From the sequence record OR567511.1: a DNA stretch of 64,000 bases; one strand, given 5' to 3'. Position 1 is the first letter of the stretch. The number at the start of each line of letters is the position of its first letter. The stretch is from Enterobacter phage vB_Ent31. Positions 40,758-51,500 of this stretch are shown here, in pieces. The notes below the pieces were generated by a model. That model searched no databases and was not told the DNA's origin. It worked only from the letters and a program-made list of their open reading frames with translations. Made by a program: the position numbers and the translations under genes.

Positions 40758-40765
40758 TATAAATA
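40758..40765 (+). promoter_or_regulatory. T4 late promoter TATAAATA for gene 20
   Basis: Exact motif 33 nt upstream of the gene 20 ATG. Confidence 0.55.
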
Positions 40766-40797
40766 TTAGTATGCTTTAACCCTTATTGGAGACTCTA

Positions 40798-42366
40798 ATG
40801 AAATTTGACGTCTTAAGTTTGTTCGCGCCGTGGGCCAAAGTCGACGAACAGGAATACGACCAGCAGCTAAATAATAATTTAGAGTCTATCACGGCCCCTA
40901 AATTTGATGACGGCGCGACAGAGATTGAATCGGAACGTGGAGACATTGCAGGCGCTGGATTATTCCAGAGAATGTACGGTCAAAATGAACCGGGAATGAA
41001 AAACACCAGGGAGCTTATCGATACTTACCGTCAGTTAATGAATAACTACGAAGTAGATAACGCTGTCCAAGAAATCGTCTTAGATGCAATTGTATACGAA
41101 GATGATCATCCAGTGGTTTCATTGGATTTAGATAACACTGATTTTAGCCAGGCGATTAAAGACCGTTTACAAGAAGAATTTAACGAAGTTCTTACTTGTC
41201 TGAATTTTGAAAGAAAGGGTCTTGACCATTTCCGTCGCTGGTATGTCGATTCTCGTATCTTCTTCCATAAAATTATTAACCCTAAAAAACCGAAAGAAGG
41301 TATTCAAGAGCTTCGTCGTTTAGACCCTCGCAATATTCAGTTCGTTCGTGAAGTTATCACTGACACTGAAGCGGGCGTGAAAATTGTTAAAGGCTACAAA
41401 GAATATTTCGTTTATAACACCGGTCACGAGTCTTATCAATGCGACGGTCGAATTTACGACGCTGGAACGAAAATTAAAATTCCAAAGGCTGCAGTTGTTT
41501 ATGCACACTCTGGATTAGTTGATTGTTCAGGAAGAAACATCATCGGTTATTTGCACCGAGCTGTTAAACCTGCTAACCAGCTTAAACTGCTTGAAGACGC
41601 AATGGTGATTTATCGTATTACACGTGCGCCAGACCGTCGAGTATTTTACATTGACACAGGGAACATGCCTTCCCGTAAAGCTGCTGCTCATATGCAACAC
41701 ATCATGAACACCATGAAAAACCGTGTGGTATATGATGCATCTACTGGTAAAATTAAAAACCAGCAGCACAATATGTCAATGACAGAAGATTATTGGTTAC
41801 AGCGCCGAGATGGTAAAGCTGTTACTGAAATTGATAATATGCCTGGTGCTTCAGGCATGAACGAAATGGACGATGTCCGTTGGTTCAAGAACAACCTTTA
41901 CCAAGCATTACGTGTTCCACTGTCTCGTATCCCGAATGACCAACAAAGTGGAGTTCAGTTTGATGCTGGAACTGGAATTACACGTGACGAGTTACAATTT
42001 GCTAAATTCATTCGTGAACTGCAGCATAAGTTTGAAGAAATTTTCCTCGACCCTCTTAAAACAAACCTTATTTTGAAAGGCGTAATGAGCGAAGATGATT
42101 GGAAAGATGAAATAAATAACATTAAGATAGTATTTCATCGTGACAGTTACTTCACTGAACTTAAAGATGCTGAAGTCACTGAACGCAGATTCAATATGCT
42201 TCAAATGGCCGAACCGTTTATCGGTAAGTATATTTCTCATCAGACTGCAATGAAGACTATTCTTCAAATGACTGATGAACAAATTGACCAAGAGGCTAAG
42301 CAAATTGAGCTAGAGTCTAAAGAGGCTCGTTTCCAAGACCCAGACCAAGAACAAGAGGATTTCTAA
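40798..42366 (+). CDS. 20: gp20 portal vertex protein
   Basis: Start [14 protein letters not shown] matches T4 gp20. 522 aa (T4 524 aa). Confidence 0.95.
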   Translation: MKFDVLSLFAPWAKVDEQEYDQQLNNNLESITAPKFDDGATEIESERGDIAGAGLFQRMYGQNEPGMKNTRELIDTYRQLMNNYEVDNAVQEIVLDAIVYEDDHPVVSLDLDNTDFSQAIKDRLQEEFNEVLTCLNFERKGLDHFRRWYVDSRIFFHKIINPKKPKEGIQELRRLDPRNIQFVREVITDTEAGVKIVKGYKEYFVYNTGHESYQCDGRIYDAGTKIKIPKAAVVYAHSGLVDCSGRNIIGYLHRAVKPANQLKLLEDAMVIYRITRAPDRRVFYIDTGNMPSRKAAAHMQHIMNTMKNRVVYDASTGKIKNQQHNMSMTEDYWLQRRDGKAVTEIDNMPGASGMNEMDDVRWFKNNLYQALRVPLSRIPNDQQSGVQFDAGTGITRDELQFAKFIRELQHKFEEIFLDPLKTNLILKGVMSEDDWKDEINNIKIVFHRDSYFTELKDAEVTERRFNMLQMAEPFIGKYISHQTAMKTILQMTDEQIDQEAKQIELESKEARFQDPDQEQEDF

Positions 42367-42614
42367 TGGAAGATTTCATCTCCGCACTCAAATCCAACGA
42401 CCTCGTTAAAGCTAAGAAAGCCTTTGGTGCTATTATGCTTGAACAGACCGCTGATTTGATTAGCCAACGTCGTGTTGAGATTGCCCAATCTATTATGATT
42501 GAAGGCGAAGAAAAAGAAGACGACGAAGACGAGAATGATGATTCTGAAGATGAAGGTAAAGAAAAACCTGAATCTAAAGATGAAAAAGATTCTGAAGACG
42601 AAGACGAAGAATAA
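42366..42614 (+). CDS. 67: gp67 prohead core protein
   Basis: 82 aa with a poly-acidic C-terminus (T4 gp67 is 80 aa). Between genes 20 and 68. Confidence 0.7.
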   Translation: MEDFISALKSNDLVKAKKAFGAIMLEQTADLISQRRVEIAQSIMIEGEEKEDDEDENDDSEDEGKEKPESKDEKDSEDEDEE

Positions 42615-42623
42615 GGAGTCGCA

Positions 42624-43049
42624 ATGCTGATTGTTCCTGATGAGTACGAAGTCGTACTTGAAAACATCGAAGCAGCTATTCCTGAAGCCGAATCTCGTTT
42701 TAAGCAGTTGTCAGAAGCTCTCGATAAAGCAGACATAAATACAATTGTAGAAAACATGTTGCCAATTGAACCTGAAGTAGCAATTGCTATGGGTTCACTG
42801 AATGAAGAAATGCAGCTCAATGAATTTATCGTTAAGCATGTTTCTTCTCGTGGAGAAATTACGCGTACTAAAGACCGTAAAACCCGCGAGCGCCAAGCAT
42901 TCCAAACAACTGGTTTATCTAAAGCTAAACGTCGCGCTATCGCTCGAAAAGTCGTTAAGTCCAAACGCGCTAATCCGTCTGGTACTGTACGAGGCAACCG
43001 CAAACGTAAGAAAGCTATGAAACGTCGTCAGGCGTTAGGATTAAGCTAA
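42624..43049 (+). CDS. 68: gp68 prohead core protein
   Basis: 141 aa, same length as T4 gp68. Basic C-terminus. Confidence 0.7.
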   Translation: MLIVPDEYEVVLENIEAAIPEAESRFKQLSEALDKADINTIVENMLPIEPEVAIAMGSLNEEMQLNEFIVKHVSSRGEITRTKDRKTRERQAFQTTGLSKAKRRAIARKVVKSKRANPSGTVRGNRKRKKAMKRRQALGLS

Positions 43050-43690
43050 TGAATGAACCCCAATTACTCATTGAGCATTGGGGTCAACCCGGCGAAATTT
43101 TGAATGGCGTACCGATGCTTGAGTCATACGATGGCTCAGATGCAGGGCTAAAACCTGGATTATACATCGAAGGCGTGTTCATGCAAGCCGAAGTAGTTAA
43201 CCGAAATAAGCGTCTTTATCCAAAGAGAGTATTGGAAAAAGCCGTAGCTAATTATATTAAAGAGCAGGTTTCTACTAAACAAGCACTTGGAGAATTAAAT
43301 CACCCACCACGTGCTAACGTTGACCCGATGCAAGCCGCAATCATCATCGAAGATATGTGGTGGAAAGGAAACGATGTTTATGGACGAGCTCGTATTATTG
43401 AAGGTGACCATGGTCCTGGAGATAAACTCGCTGCAAACATTCGTGCTGGCTGGATTCCTGGAGTATCTAGTCGTGGACTAGGCTCATTAACGGAAACCAA
43501 TAAAGGCTACCGTATCGTAAACGAAGGATTTAAACTCACCGTTGGTGTTGATGCTGTGTGGGGACCTTCTGCACCAGATGCTTGGGTAACTCCGAAGCAG
43601 ATTTCGGAATCCGCTGAGGCGCAAGTCGCCAAAAAGAATGACGATGAGTCATTTAAAGCTCTCGTAGAGAGTCTCGAAAAAGCATTATAA
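43049..43690 (+). CDS. 21: gp21 prohead core scaffold protease
   Basis: 213 aa (T4 212 aa). Synteny upstream of gene 22. Confidence 0.9.
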   Translation: MNEPQLLIEHWGQPGEILNGVPMLESYDGSDAGLKPGLYIEGVFMQAEVVNRNKRLYPKRVLEKAVANYIKEQVSTKQALGELNHPPRANVDPMQAAIIIEDMWWKGNDVYGRARIIEGDHGPGDKLAANIRAGWIPGVSSRGLGSLTETNKGYRIVNEGFKLTVGVDAVWGPSAPDAWVTPKQISESAEAQVAKKNDDESFKALVESLEKAL

Positions 43691-43693
43691 ATA
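43686..43693 (+). promoter_or_regulatory. T4 late promoter TATAAATA for gene 22
   Basis: Exact motif overlapping the gene 21 stop. Confidence 0.5.
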
Positions 43694-43723
43694 ATAATGT
43701 AACTTAACAACAGGACTAACAAA

Positions 43724-44539
43724 ATGCTGAAAGACATCCTGCTCCAGGAAGCTCAGAATATTGAAGCTACCGTAGCTGTGGACAGTATTTTCGAATCGGT
43801 CGAGCTTTCTCCGGAAGTAAAAGCGAAGTTCGAAACTGTATTCGAAGCAACTGTAAAGAAACATGCCGTTGAATTGGCTGAATCCCACATTACCAAAATT
43901 GCTGAAATGGCTGACGAAAAGCTGAAAGACGCTAAAGAAGAAGCCGAAGAAAAAGCTGAAAAGAAACTGACCGAACATGCTTCACGTTTCTTCAATCACA
44001 TCGCTCAAGAATGGATGAACGAAAACAAACTGGCTGTTGATAAAGGCATCAAAGCTGAACTGTTTGAATCCATGTTCGCTGGTATGAAAGAACTGTTCGT
44101 TGAACACAACGTTGTTCTGCCAGAAGAATCAGTTGATGTAGTTGCTGAAATGGAAGAAGAACTGGCTGAAGCTCGTGAAGAAATCAGCAATCTGTTCGAA
44201 GGTATTTCTGCTCGCGACGAAAAAATTAATACCATGCTGCGTGAAAGCGCTGTAATGGAATCAACTAAAGACTTGACCGACGTTCAGAAAGAGAAAGTAG
44301 CTTCTCTGACCGAAGGTATGGAATATTCCGACGAATTCTCAAGTAAGCTGTCTGCCATCGTCGAAATGGTTAAAGGCTCCGTCGAGAAAGAGGTAGTAAA
44401 TGAAAGCATAAATACTACCGACAATGATGCTGACGGTCTCAACTTCATTACTGAAGAACACATTGAGCCAGAAGAAAAAGTATCAAAACAGCCATCGATG
44501 ATGGACGCATACGTAGCCTCTGCGGCACGTCTTTCTTAA
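43724..44539 (+). CDS. 22: gp22 prohead core scaffold
   Basis: 271 aa acidic coiled-coil (T4 269 aa). Confidence 0.85.
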   Translation: MLKDILLQEAQNIEATVAVDSIFESVELSPEVKAKFETVFEATVKKHAVELAESHITKIAEMADEKLKDAKEEAEEKAEKKLTEHASRFFNHIAQEWMNENKLAVDKGIKAELFESMFAGMKELFVEHNVVLPEESVDVVAEMEEELAEAREEISNLFEGISARDEKINTMLRESAVMESTKDLTDVQKEKVASLTEGMEYSDEFSSKLSAIVEMVKGSVEKEVVNESINTTDNDADGLNFITEEHIEPEEKVSKQPSMMDAYVASAARLS

Positions 44540-44561
44540 TTTTTAAAAGGTTATAAAACAC

Positions 44562-46124
44562 ATGAAAAAGATTAATCCGTTAGTAGAAAAATGGACTCCG
44601 CTGCTTGAGAACGAAGCACTGCCTGAAATCGTTGGTGCTGGTAAAAAAGCTCTGATTGCAAAAATCATGGAAAACCAGGAATCAGCTATTAAAACTGAAC
44701 CTGCATTCCGTGATGAAAAAATCGCTGAAGCATTTGGTTCGTTCCTGACTGAAGCAGAAATTGGTGGTGACCACGGTTATGATGCTCAAAACATCGCTGC
44801 TGGCCAGACATCAGGCGCAGTAACTCAGATTGGACCAGCTGTTATGGGCATGGTACGTCGTGCAATTCCTAACCTGATTGCTTTCGACATCTGCGGTGTT
44901 CAGCCAATGAGTTCTCCAACCGGACAGGTATTCGCTCTGCGTGCTGTTTACGGTAAAGACCCTCTGGCCGCTGGTGCTAAAGAAGCATTCCACCCAATGT
45001 ACGCTCCAGATGCAATGTTCTCTGGTCAGGGTGCTGCTCAGAAATTCGCAGCTGTTAAAGCTTCCGATGTTCTGACTGTTGGTGCTATCGTAGTTCACGA
45101 TTTCGCTGATGTTGGTCGCGCTTACTTCCAGGTTGCTGAAGGTTTCACCGTAGACGCTGGTGCTACCGATGCTGAAAAACTGGATAAAGCAGTTAAAGCT
45201 GCTGAAGAAGCTGGTCAGCTGGTAGAAATCGCTGAAGGTATGGCTACCTCTGTTGCGGAACTGCAGGAGAACTTCAACGGTTCTACTGACAACCCATGGA
45301 ATGAAATGGGCTTCCGTATCGATAAGCAAGTTATCGAAGCTAAATCCCGTCAGCTGAAAGCTCAGTACTCTATTGAACTGGCTCAAGACTTACGTGCTGT
45401 TCACGGTATGGATGCAGATGCTGAACTGTCTGGTATTCTGGCTACCGAAATCATGCTGGAAATCAACCGCGAAGTTGTAGACTGGATTAACTACTCTGCG
45501 CAACTGGGTAAAACCGGTATGACTCAGACCGTTGGTTCTAAAGCTGGTGTATTTGACTTCCAGGACCCAGTAGATATTCGTGGCGCTCGTTGGGCAGGTG
45601 AAAGCTTCAAAGCTCTTCTGTTCCAAATCGATAAAGAAGCTGCTGAAATCGCACGTCAGACTGGTCGTGGTGCTGGTAACTTCATCATCGCTTCTCGTAA
45701 CGTAGTTAACGCTCTGGCAGCTGTTGACACTGGCGTTACTCCTGCTGCTCAGGGTCTGGGTCAAGGCTTCAACGCTGATACCACTAAGACTGTGTTCGCA
45801 GGTATTCTGGGCGGTCGTTATAAAGTATACATCGACCAGTACGCTCGTCAGGACTACTTCACCATTGGTTACAAAGGTGCTAACGAGATGGATGCTGGTA
45901 TCTACTACGCTCCATACGTTGCTCTGACTCCACTGCGTGGTTCCGACCCGAAAAACTTCCAGCCGGTCATGGGGTTCAAAACCCGTTACGGTATTGGTAT
46001 CAACCCGTTTGCTGATAGTGCATCACAGCAGCCGAATGCTCGCATTCAGTCTGGTATGCCTTCTATCGTCAACTCCGTTGGTAAGAACGCGTACTTCCGT
46101 CGCATCTGGGTTAAAGGTCTGTAA
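44562..46124 (+). CDS. 23: gp23 major capsid protein
   Basis: 520 aa with very high identity to T4 gp23 (AFGSFLTEAEIGGDHGY...QTSGAVTQIGPAVMGMVRRAIPNLIAFDICGVQPM). Confidence 0.98.
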   Translation: MKKINPLVEKWTPLLENEALPEIVGAGKKALIAKIMENQESAIKTEPAFRDEKIAEAFGSFLTEAEIGGDHGYDAQNIAAGQTSGAVTQIGPAVMGMVRRAIPNLIAFDICGVQPMSSPTGQVFALRAVYGKDPLAAGAKEAFHPMYAPDAMFSGQGAAQKFAAVKASDVLTVGAIVVHDFADVGRAYFQVAEGFTVDAGATDAEKLDKAVKAAEEAGQLVEIAEGMATSVAELQENFNGSTDNPWNEMGFRIDKQVIEAKSRQLKAQYSIELAQDLRAVHGMDADAELSGILATEIMLEINREVVDWINYSAQLGKTGMTQTVGSKAGVFDFQDPVDIRGARWAGESFKALLFQIDKEAAEIARQTGRGAGNFIIASRNVVNALAAVDTGVTPAAQGLGQGFNADTTKTVFAGILGGRYKVYIDQYARQDYFTIGYKGANEMDAGIYYAPYVALTPLRGSDPKNFQPVMGFKTRYGIGINPFADSASQQPNARIQSGMPSIVNSVGKNAYFRRIWVKGL

Positions 46125-46136
46125 TCCAATTAAATG

Positions 46137-46165
46137 GGAGCCGCAAGGCTCCCATTGTTGTTTCT
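46137..46165 (+). terminator. rho-independent terminator after gene 23
   Basis: GGGAGCC-GCAA-GGCTCCC followed by ATTGTTGTTT. Confidence 0.55.
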
Positions 46166-46209
46166 ACGGATGATAAATAAAAGTATAATCCACTAGAGGA
46201 AAAGCGACG

Positions 46210-47493
46210 ATGGCTAACATCCATGACCTTCTGCGCGAATCAACTACAACGACGAGTTCAATTTCTGCCCGTCCTAGCCTCGTTGCATTGACTCGCGCTA
46301 CTACTAAATTAATTTACTCTGATATTGTAGCTACTCAGCGTACTACTCAACCTACTGCTGCTTTCTATGGTATCAAATATTTGAACCCTAACAAAGAATT
46401 AACGTTCCTTACTGGTGCTACCTACGCAGGTCAAACTGGTACTGAGGACCGTAAGTCTATTGAAACATTAACTGCTTCAAATAAAGATTCATTTGGCAAG
46501 GGCGATTTATTCAAATACAATGACATTGTTTACAAAGTACTTGTAGATAATCCATTTGACCAGATTACTGAAACTGATTTAGAAGTTGTAATTCAGATTT
46601 CTCTGGTTAAACTCACTACTCGTTTAATGTCTGATGCTGCTATCACTTCCAAGTTTGAAACTGCTGGAGCTGATATCGCTGAAGCTAAATTCCAAATTGA
46701 TAAATGGCAGACTCAGGTTAAATCTCGTAAACTTAAAACAAGTTTGACTGTTGAATTGGCCCAGGACCTTGAAGCTAACGGCTTTGATGCTTCTAATTTT
46801 ATCGATGATTTACTGGCTACTGAAATGGCCGATGAAATTAACAAAGACATTTTACAAAGTCTTGTGACAGTTTCAAAACGATATAAAGTTGAAGGTATCA
46901 CAGATACTGGATTCATCGATTTATCTTATGCATCTGCCCCAGAAGCTGGTCGTTCTCTGTATCGCATGGTATGCGAAATGGTTTCTCATATTCAGCGCTC
47001 AACATCCTTTACAGCAACATTCGCTGTAGCATCTACTCGTGCTGCTGCTGTTCTTGCTGCATCAGGTTGGTTGAAACATCAAGCTGGAGATGATGAATAT
47101 CTATCAGAGAATGCTTATGGTTTCCTGGCAAACGGTTTGCCTCTGTATTGCGATACTAACACTCCACTTGATTATGTAATTGTTGGTGTAGTAGAAGATA
47201 TTGGTGATAAAGAAGTTGTATCGAGTATTTTCTATGCTCCATACACTGAAGGTATCGACCTTGATGACCCGGAACATGTTGGTGCATTTAAAGTAATTGT
47301 TGACCCAGAAAGCTTACAGCCTTCTGTAGCTTTACTCGTTCGTTATGCACTGTCTGCTAACCCGTATACTGTAGCTAAAGATGAAAAGGAAGCTCGAATC
47401 ATTGATGGCGGGGATATGGATAAGATGGCAGGACGTTCTGATTTATCAGTTCTTCTTGGTGTTAAGTTACCAAAAATCATCATTGAAGACTAA
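46210..47493 (+). CDS. 24: gp24 capsid vertex protein
   Basis: 427 aa, the T4 gp24 length. gp23 paralog. Confidence 0.9.
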   Translation: MANIHDLLRESTTTTSSISARPSLVALTRATTKLIYSDIVATQRTTQPTAAFYGIKYLNPNKELTFLTGATYAGQTGTEDRKSIETLTASNKDSFGKGDLFKYNDIVYKVLVDNPFDQITETDLEVVIQISLVKLTTRLMSDAAITSKFETAGADIAEAKFQIDKWQTQVKSRKLKTSLTVELAQDLEANGFDASNFIDDLLATEMADEINKDILQSLVTVSKRYKVEGITDTGFIDLSYASAPEAGRSLYRMVCEMVSHIQRSTSFTATFAVASTRAAAVLAASGWLKHQAGDDEYLSENAYGFLANGLPLYCDTNTPLDYVIVGVVEDIGDKEVVSSIFYAPYTEGIDLDDPEHVGAFKVIVDPESLQPSVALLVRYALSANPYTVAKDEKEARIIDGGDMDKMAGRSDLSVLLGVKLPKIIIED

Positions 47494-47497
47494 AAGA

Positions 47498-47522
47498 AAG
47501 GGAACCGTGAGGTTCCCTTTTG
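47498..47522. terminator. bidirectional terminator between gene 24 and the convergent ORF
   Basis: AGGGAACC-GTGA-GGTTCCCT flanked by A-run and T-run. Confidence 0.55.
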
Positions 47523-47525
47523 TAG

Positions 47526-48071
47526 TTATAAAGCAAATATATCGAATGTTGGCGCGTACTTGTCTTTGAATCTCTGATAGATTTCCTTTTCATACAGATT
47601 GTAGCAAGGTATCCCATGACGCTTAGCTATATCAACGGCCACTCGTGTCCCTCCAGTAACGCTAGAGAGTTTTATTGGAGCATAGAATAGTACCATATCT
47701 ACGGGTGACTGGCAGTCCTCTCCGAGCACCTGGAGTGCATTGCGGGCAAATAAAGTCTTCACTATATCCCGGCACTCATCCCAGTAACTTGTCACTTCTC
47801 TTGCTTTAATTACACTCCTGATTCTCACTTCATTTGGAAAATCTTTCCACACCTTTACTCCAACTCCGGTTTTAAGACCATTGAAGCCTTCGTATGGTAT
47901 GATACGTAATGAACGTTCACGGTCGTATCTACTGAGCCATGATTCATCTGCACCAGGAGCACCTCCCGAATACGAAAAATGGCCTGACTCCGAAAGAGCC
48001 TGACCAGTTAATGACATGACATCTAAAACACGACGTGGCGTCTCTCGAGAACCGATTAACGCCAAACGCAT
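47526..48071 (-). CDS. DprA/SLOG-like Rossmann-fold protein
   Basis: ALIGSRETP...SGGAPGAD resembles the DprA/Smf / LOG-superfamily glycine-rich nucleotide-binding core. 181 aa. Between 24 and rnlB. Confidence 0.4.
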   Translation of the reverse strand: MRLALIGSRETPRRVLDVMSLTGQALSESGHFSYSGGAPGADESWLSRYDRERSLRIIPYEGFNGLKTGVGVKVWKDFPNEVRIRSVIKAREVTSYWDECRDIVKTLFARNALQVLGEDCQSPVDMVLFYAPIKLSSVTGGTRVAVDIAKRHGIPCYNLYEKEIYQRFKDKYAPTFDIFAL

Positions 48072-49075
48072 TAGTTACTTACCAGTTCAATCCAAACCGG
48101 ACGAATTACGCCTTGCACGTAATTGACAAGCTCTTTCTTGACTACATCAGGATTATCAGCGTCAGTAATGAAGATTTCTTCACGACCAGCTTCTTCCAGA
48201 ATGTCCTGGACAGTAAGACCCATAACTTTGCCAAAGTCTTTTGGACCAACTTGACCAATCTTACTGATAACGTTATTGACTCGGTTCAGAGTAGCATAAG
48301 CTGCCAGGGTGGAGAAAGCTACCTTATCAATATCAGTCAGTTCAACCTTAGCTTTAATAGGCTTATCGGATTTAGCTTTCTCAGAGAACTTGGAGTTCTT
48401 GCATTTGATAGCTACACGAGAACCATTAGGGAAGAATTTAGGATAGCACGGTTTCAGAACGTAGCCTTCAGCGATGTTGCTTTCTGAAACAACCGCCTGG
48501 AATGGCATAGTATTAGCTTCTTCAAGACCGTGAGCTTCAATAGCTTGATTATAGCGATTAACTACAACATCCAGCATATTAGGAATTTGAATCAAGTCAT
48601 CGAATTTACCACGACCCAGCAGTGGAGCCATTTTAAACCCAAAGACATTACACATGCGTTCCATCATGAAATCGTCAACATAAGACGATTCACCGGATTC
48701 GGTAGTCACTTTAATATCAAAGACATAGAAGTCTTTTTCACCGTAATCAACACCTTTCTGAATTCCGCCACCAGCAAATTCACCAAAGATTTGATAAGCT
48801 ACAGTAGCACCAGTCAGTGCAGCTTGAACAGCTTTAAATGACTCGTTATAGCGACCCATAATAACCATATAGCCAAAGAAGTCTTCCGCTGGCAGAATAG
48901 GGCCAGTACGCTTAGCAGGCTGAATGTTATCTTTAGTTACGATAACAGAGAAGTTAGTGCCGTGAATTTTCTCACGCGCCACCCAAGTTTCAGAGACATC
49001 AAAACCAGCATTACGAATACGCTCAATGAATTTACCGTTGTAGTGGTTCTCGAGCGTTGAATATTTCTCAAACAT
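48071..49075 (-). CDS. rnlB: RNA ligase 2
   Basis: 334 aa, the T4 Rnl2 length. The N-terminus [18 protein letters not shown]...[13 protein letters not shown] carries the KxHG nucleotidyl-lysine motif. Confidence 0.85.
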   Translation of the reverse strand: MFEKYSTLENHYNGKFIERIRNAGFDVSETWVAREKIHGTNFSVIVTKDNIQPAKRTGPILPAEDFFGYMVIMGRYNESFKAVQAALTGATVAYQIFGEFAGGGIQKGVDYGEKDFYVFDIKVTTESGESSYVDDFMMERMCNVFGFKMAPLLGRGKFDDLIQIPNMLDVVVNRYNQAIEAHGLEEANTMPFQAVVSESNIAEGYVLKPCYPKFFPNGSRVAIKCKNSKFSEKAKSDKPIKAKVELTDIDKVAFSTLAAYATLNRVNNVISKIGQVGPKDFGKVMGLTVQDILEEAGREEIFITDADNPDVVKKELVNYVQGVIRPVWIELVSN

Positions 49076-49083
49076 ATTTCACC

Positions 49084-49341
49084 TTAGAATTTAATTTTGA
49101 AAGACTGACCTTGATAGTCAGCATTGAACTCATATGAGAAGCCATTTTTAGAAAAGAATACTTTCATAGCTTCTACATTATTGCTCCATTTTTCTGGAAC
49201 AATATAAAACGTTTCAAACTTACCACGTTGTGCTGCGTTCCGCAGGTTATCTTTAATATGAGCTTTAATATCTTCTGGTAGTTCATCACGCACACCCTGC
49301 GCCAATGCTCTGTATTCTTGAGCTAGACTCATTATAATCAC
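49084..49341 (-). CDS. hypothetical protein (85 aa; 24.2-like position)
   Basis: ORF only. Synteny. Confidence 0.4.
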   Translation of the reverse strand: MIIMSLAQEYRALAQGVRDELPEDIKAHIKDNLRNAAQRGKFETFYIVPEKWSNNVEAMKVFFSKNGFSYEFNADYQGQSFKIKF

Positions 49342-49446
49342 CGTATAAATATCAATAATTAGGGAGGGTTCTATCCTTCTATGGTCAAGCGTATGTACTA
49401 GAAAGAATCCGTGAAACCATTATACCACGCGGATTCTTTAAGCATA

Positions 49447-49800
49447 TTATAGAGGGATTACCTTATACTTCTTATTGCCACGAGCATCACGCTTACAAAC
49501 TAATCTGCACTTCATGCCGCTTGCGATTGTGTAATCTTCATCAACCTTCATCCGCATCCAGTCTAATATCATTCCAAATGGGTTCAAAGATTTTTCAACT
49601 TCAACCATAATCTTCGTTCCAGATTTATAGAACTTCGATTCTTGTTGTACATGGTCAGCCAATGCACAAGCAAATGCAGATGGACTCAGGAATTTGTTGT
49701 AACCATGAGCTGCAGCTACAAATGTGTTATCTAACGCATGCTGAATGTTTTTGATAACTACCTTAGAATATCCAAGGTGTTTTTCAGGATACTTATTCAT
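49447..49800 (-). CDS. hypothetical protein (117 aa; 24.3-like position)
   Basis: ORF only. Confidence 0.4.
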   Translation of the reverse strand: MNKYPEKHLGYSKVVIKNIQHALDNTFVAAAHGYNKFLSPSAFACALADHVQQESKFYKSGTKIMVEVEKSLNPFGMILDWMRMKVDEDYTIASGMKCRLVCKRDARGNKKYKVIPL

Positions 49801-50026
49801 TAAATCCCCTCATATGTTTTACGAGTTGTTGATGACGAGATTCTACATCAGTATTAGATAAGCGTTTACGATAGACGATGATTTCTCTTCGTTTAGCGCG
49901 AGCTCGAGCGGCTTCGACTTTTGCGTAATACAGCGCAGCTTCTTCTGGCTTAATGCCAGCTTCTCGAGCGATTTCAATAAAGCTCATGCCGTTTTCATGC
50001 TTAAAATGAATCTCAATCGGTGTCAT
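49793..50026 (-). CDS. hypothetical protein (77 aa)
   Basis: ORF with ATGA coupling. Confidence 0.35.
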   Translation of the reverse strand: MTPIEIHFKHENGMSFIEIAREAGIKPEEAALYYAKVEAARARAKRREIIVYRKRLSNTDVESRHQQLVKHMRGFNE

Positions 50027-50075
50027 TACTTTATCCTACAGTGAAAGTTGTTGGTATAATACCATTCTCTAGAAA

Positions 50076-50106
50076 AAGCAAAAGGAGCCCGAAGGCTCCT
50101 TTTAAT
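50076..50106 (-). terminator. rho-independent terminator after hoc
   Basis: GGAGCC-TTCG-GGCTCC followed by TTTTGCTTTTT on the minus strand. Confidence 0.55.
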
Positions 50107-50659
50107 AGATGATACCAGCATCAAGTGCTGTTCTGTGGACGATTCGTCCATTTCGTGATTCTTGCACATCAACTTCAGGATAGTCTGCTATCATTTTAGC
50201 TAATGTAGCTAAGTGGCAGTAATATGGAGTATCTGATGCAGTTGCTGTCTTCCAGTCTTTACCTTCTTGAGTCAGCTTCTGAATAGCATCCATTACCCAC
50301 CAACCCGCCCAGATATAAGCAGATGAACGCCATGGAAGTGGATGGACATAAAGAATAGGGCATTCAGCTGGAATTTCTGGTTCAGCCGCATTAACAGTCA
50401 AATTGGTAGTAGCAGTTTGAACATCATCTGGTTGAGCATCAACTTTAGTCGTAGACGTAACTTTAACAACTTTAGTTCCTGCTGTAGCTGCTGTGTAATC
50501 TAAAGTGTTTGTAACTGAAGATTGAACTACATCATCAATCATCCATTCGTAAGTTACAGTTGAACCTTCAGGTGCTCCCGTCAAAGTAGCAGTGAACTGC
50601 TGGGAATCTCCAATCTTGATAGTGGGATTTAGTGGCGCTAAAGTAATTGAGGTAGCCAT
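50102..50659 (-). CDS. hoc: Hoc-like outer capsid protein, shortened form with one Ig-like domain
   Basis: An N-terminal Ig-like (BIG2-type) domain is followed by a C-terminal capsid-binding region. Position matches T4 hoc. 185 aa against 376 aa in T4. Confidence 0.5.
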   Translation of the reverse strand: MATSITLAPLNPTIKIGDSQQFTATLTGAPEGSTVTYEWMIDDVVQSSVTNTLDYTAATAGTKVVKVTSTTKVDAQPDDVQTATTNLTVNAAEPEIPAECPILYVHPLPWRSSAYIWAGWWVMDAIQKLTQEGKDWKTATASDTPYYCHLATLAKMIADYPEVDVQESRNGRIVHRTALDAGIIY

Positions 50660-50692
50660 ATATTTTCCAAAGTTAAAGAGGGACTAGCCCTC

Positions 50693-51448
50693 TTATGAAA
50701 GTGTAGCAAATGAGGAGTTTCGAGTTTCTCTTACTTGAACTGAACCATTACGTTTGATGTAATAAATCAAGCTCAAAAGAGTTTGATGAGCAGTAGGATG
50801 CTCAAATGACAGTGGTCGAGATTTCCAATCTGGATTTTCAAGAATCCACTGATAAATCCACCAAGGAAGAGTAGCATAGCCTGGATTACGCCCAATTAAA
50901 TGCAGAGATGGACTGAAATCAGTCGGAAGCTCGAATGTGTCAGTTTCAATAACTTTGACAACTTTATCCATAGCTTCATTAAATTCATCTTGGGCCATAT
51001 TCCTTACTGGAATTTTATGAACTTCACCGTCATCTGAAACTATAATCACAGAATCGCCGATTGGGGCTTCAAGAATAACGCCTTTAGCAGGGTCCATTGG
51101 CTTACCAAAATGAGGGTCGATATCAGTTACTTTCACTTGTGGCGTATCTGCCGATACAGAATCAATCAACAGACGAGCTTCTTCTTTAGCTTCATCTTTA
51201 AAAATAGCAGTGCCTTTGGCCTCGTCGTCAGCTTGAATAAGGTCATAGATTGAAAGACCGTCATTCTGCTCTGGCATGGGTTCATTAGCAAGTTTAGCCA
51301 ATTCGACTTCAAGGTCAGCGACCATATTGTCAAAGGCTTTAGTTTTCTTCAGCTTGATGCCGAAGGTTTCAGCGTACTCGGCAAGCTTTTCTTTGGCTTC
51401 TTTTTTCTCAAGTGCACCGATTTCAGCAATATAATCTTTATCTAACAT
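50693..51448 (-). CDS. inh: Inh-like protein (putative inhibitor of prohead protease)
   Basis: Position between hoc and uvsW as in T4. Start set at MLDKDYIAEIG, preceded by GAGG. Confidence 0.4.
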   Translation of the reverse strand: MLDKDYIAEIGALEKKEAKEKLAEYAETFGIKLKKTKAFDNMVADLEVELAKLANEPMPEQNDGLSIYDLIQADDEAKGTAIFKDEAKEEARLLIDSVSADTPQVKVTDIDPHFGKPMDPAKGVILEAPIGDSVIIVSDDGEVHKIPVRNMAQDEFNEAMDKVVKVIETDTFELPTDFSPSLHLIGRNPGYATLPWWIYQWILENPDWKSRPLSFEHPTAHQTLLSLIYYIKRNGSVQVRETRNSSFATLS

Positions 51449-51463
51449 AGTAGCCTCGTTGTG

Positions 51464-51471
51464 TATAAATA
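51464..51471 (+). promoter_or_regulatory. T4 late promoter TATAAATA upstream of uvsW
   Basis: Exact motif 30 nt upstream of the uvsW ATG. Confidence 0.45.
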
Positions 51472-51500
51472 TAAATGTATTTATAACTAAGGAATCGGCA

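Noticed and set aside
42317-43003. 228-aa minus-strand Ser-rich ORF
   Set aside because: Antisense shadow of genes 67 and 68 (codon-rich GAA/GAT repeats read on the opposite strand). It conflicts with the conserved late-operon synteny.
44811-45764. Minus-strand ORFs of 191 and 124 aa inside gene 23
   Set aside because: Antisense to the near-identical T4 gp23 coding sequence. Artefacts.
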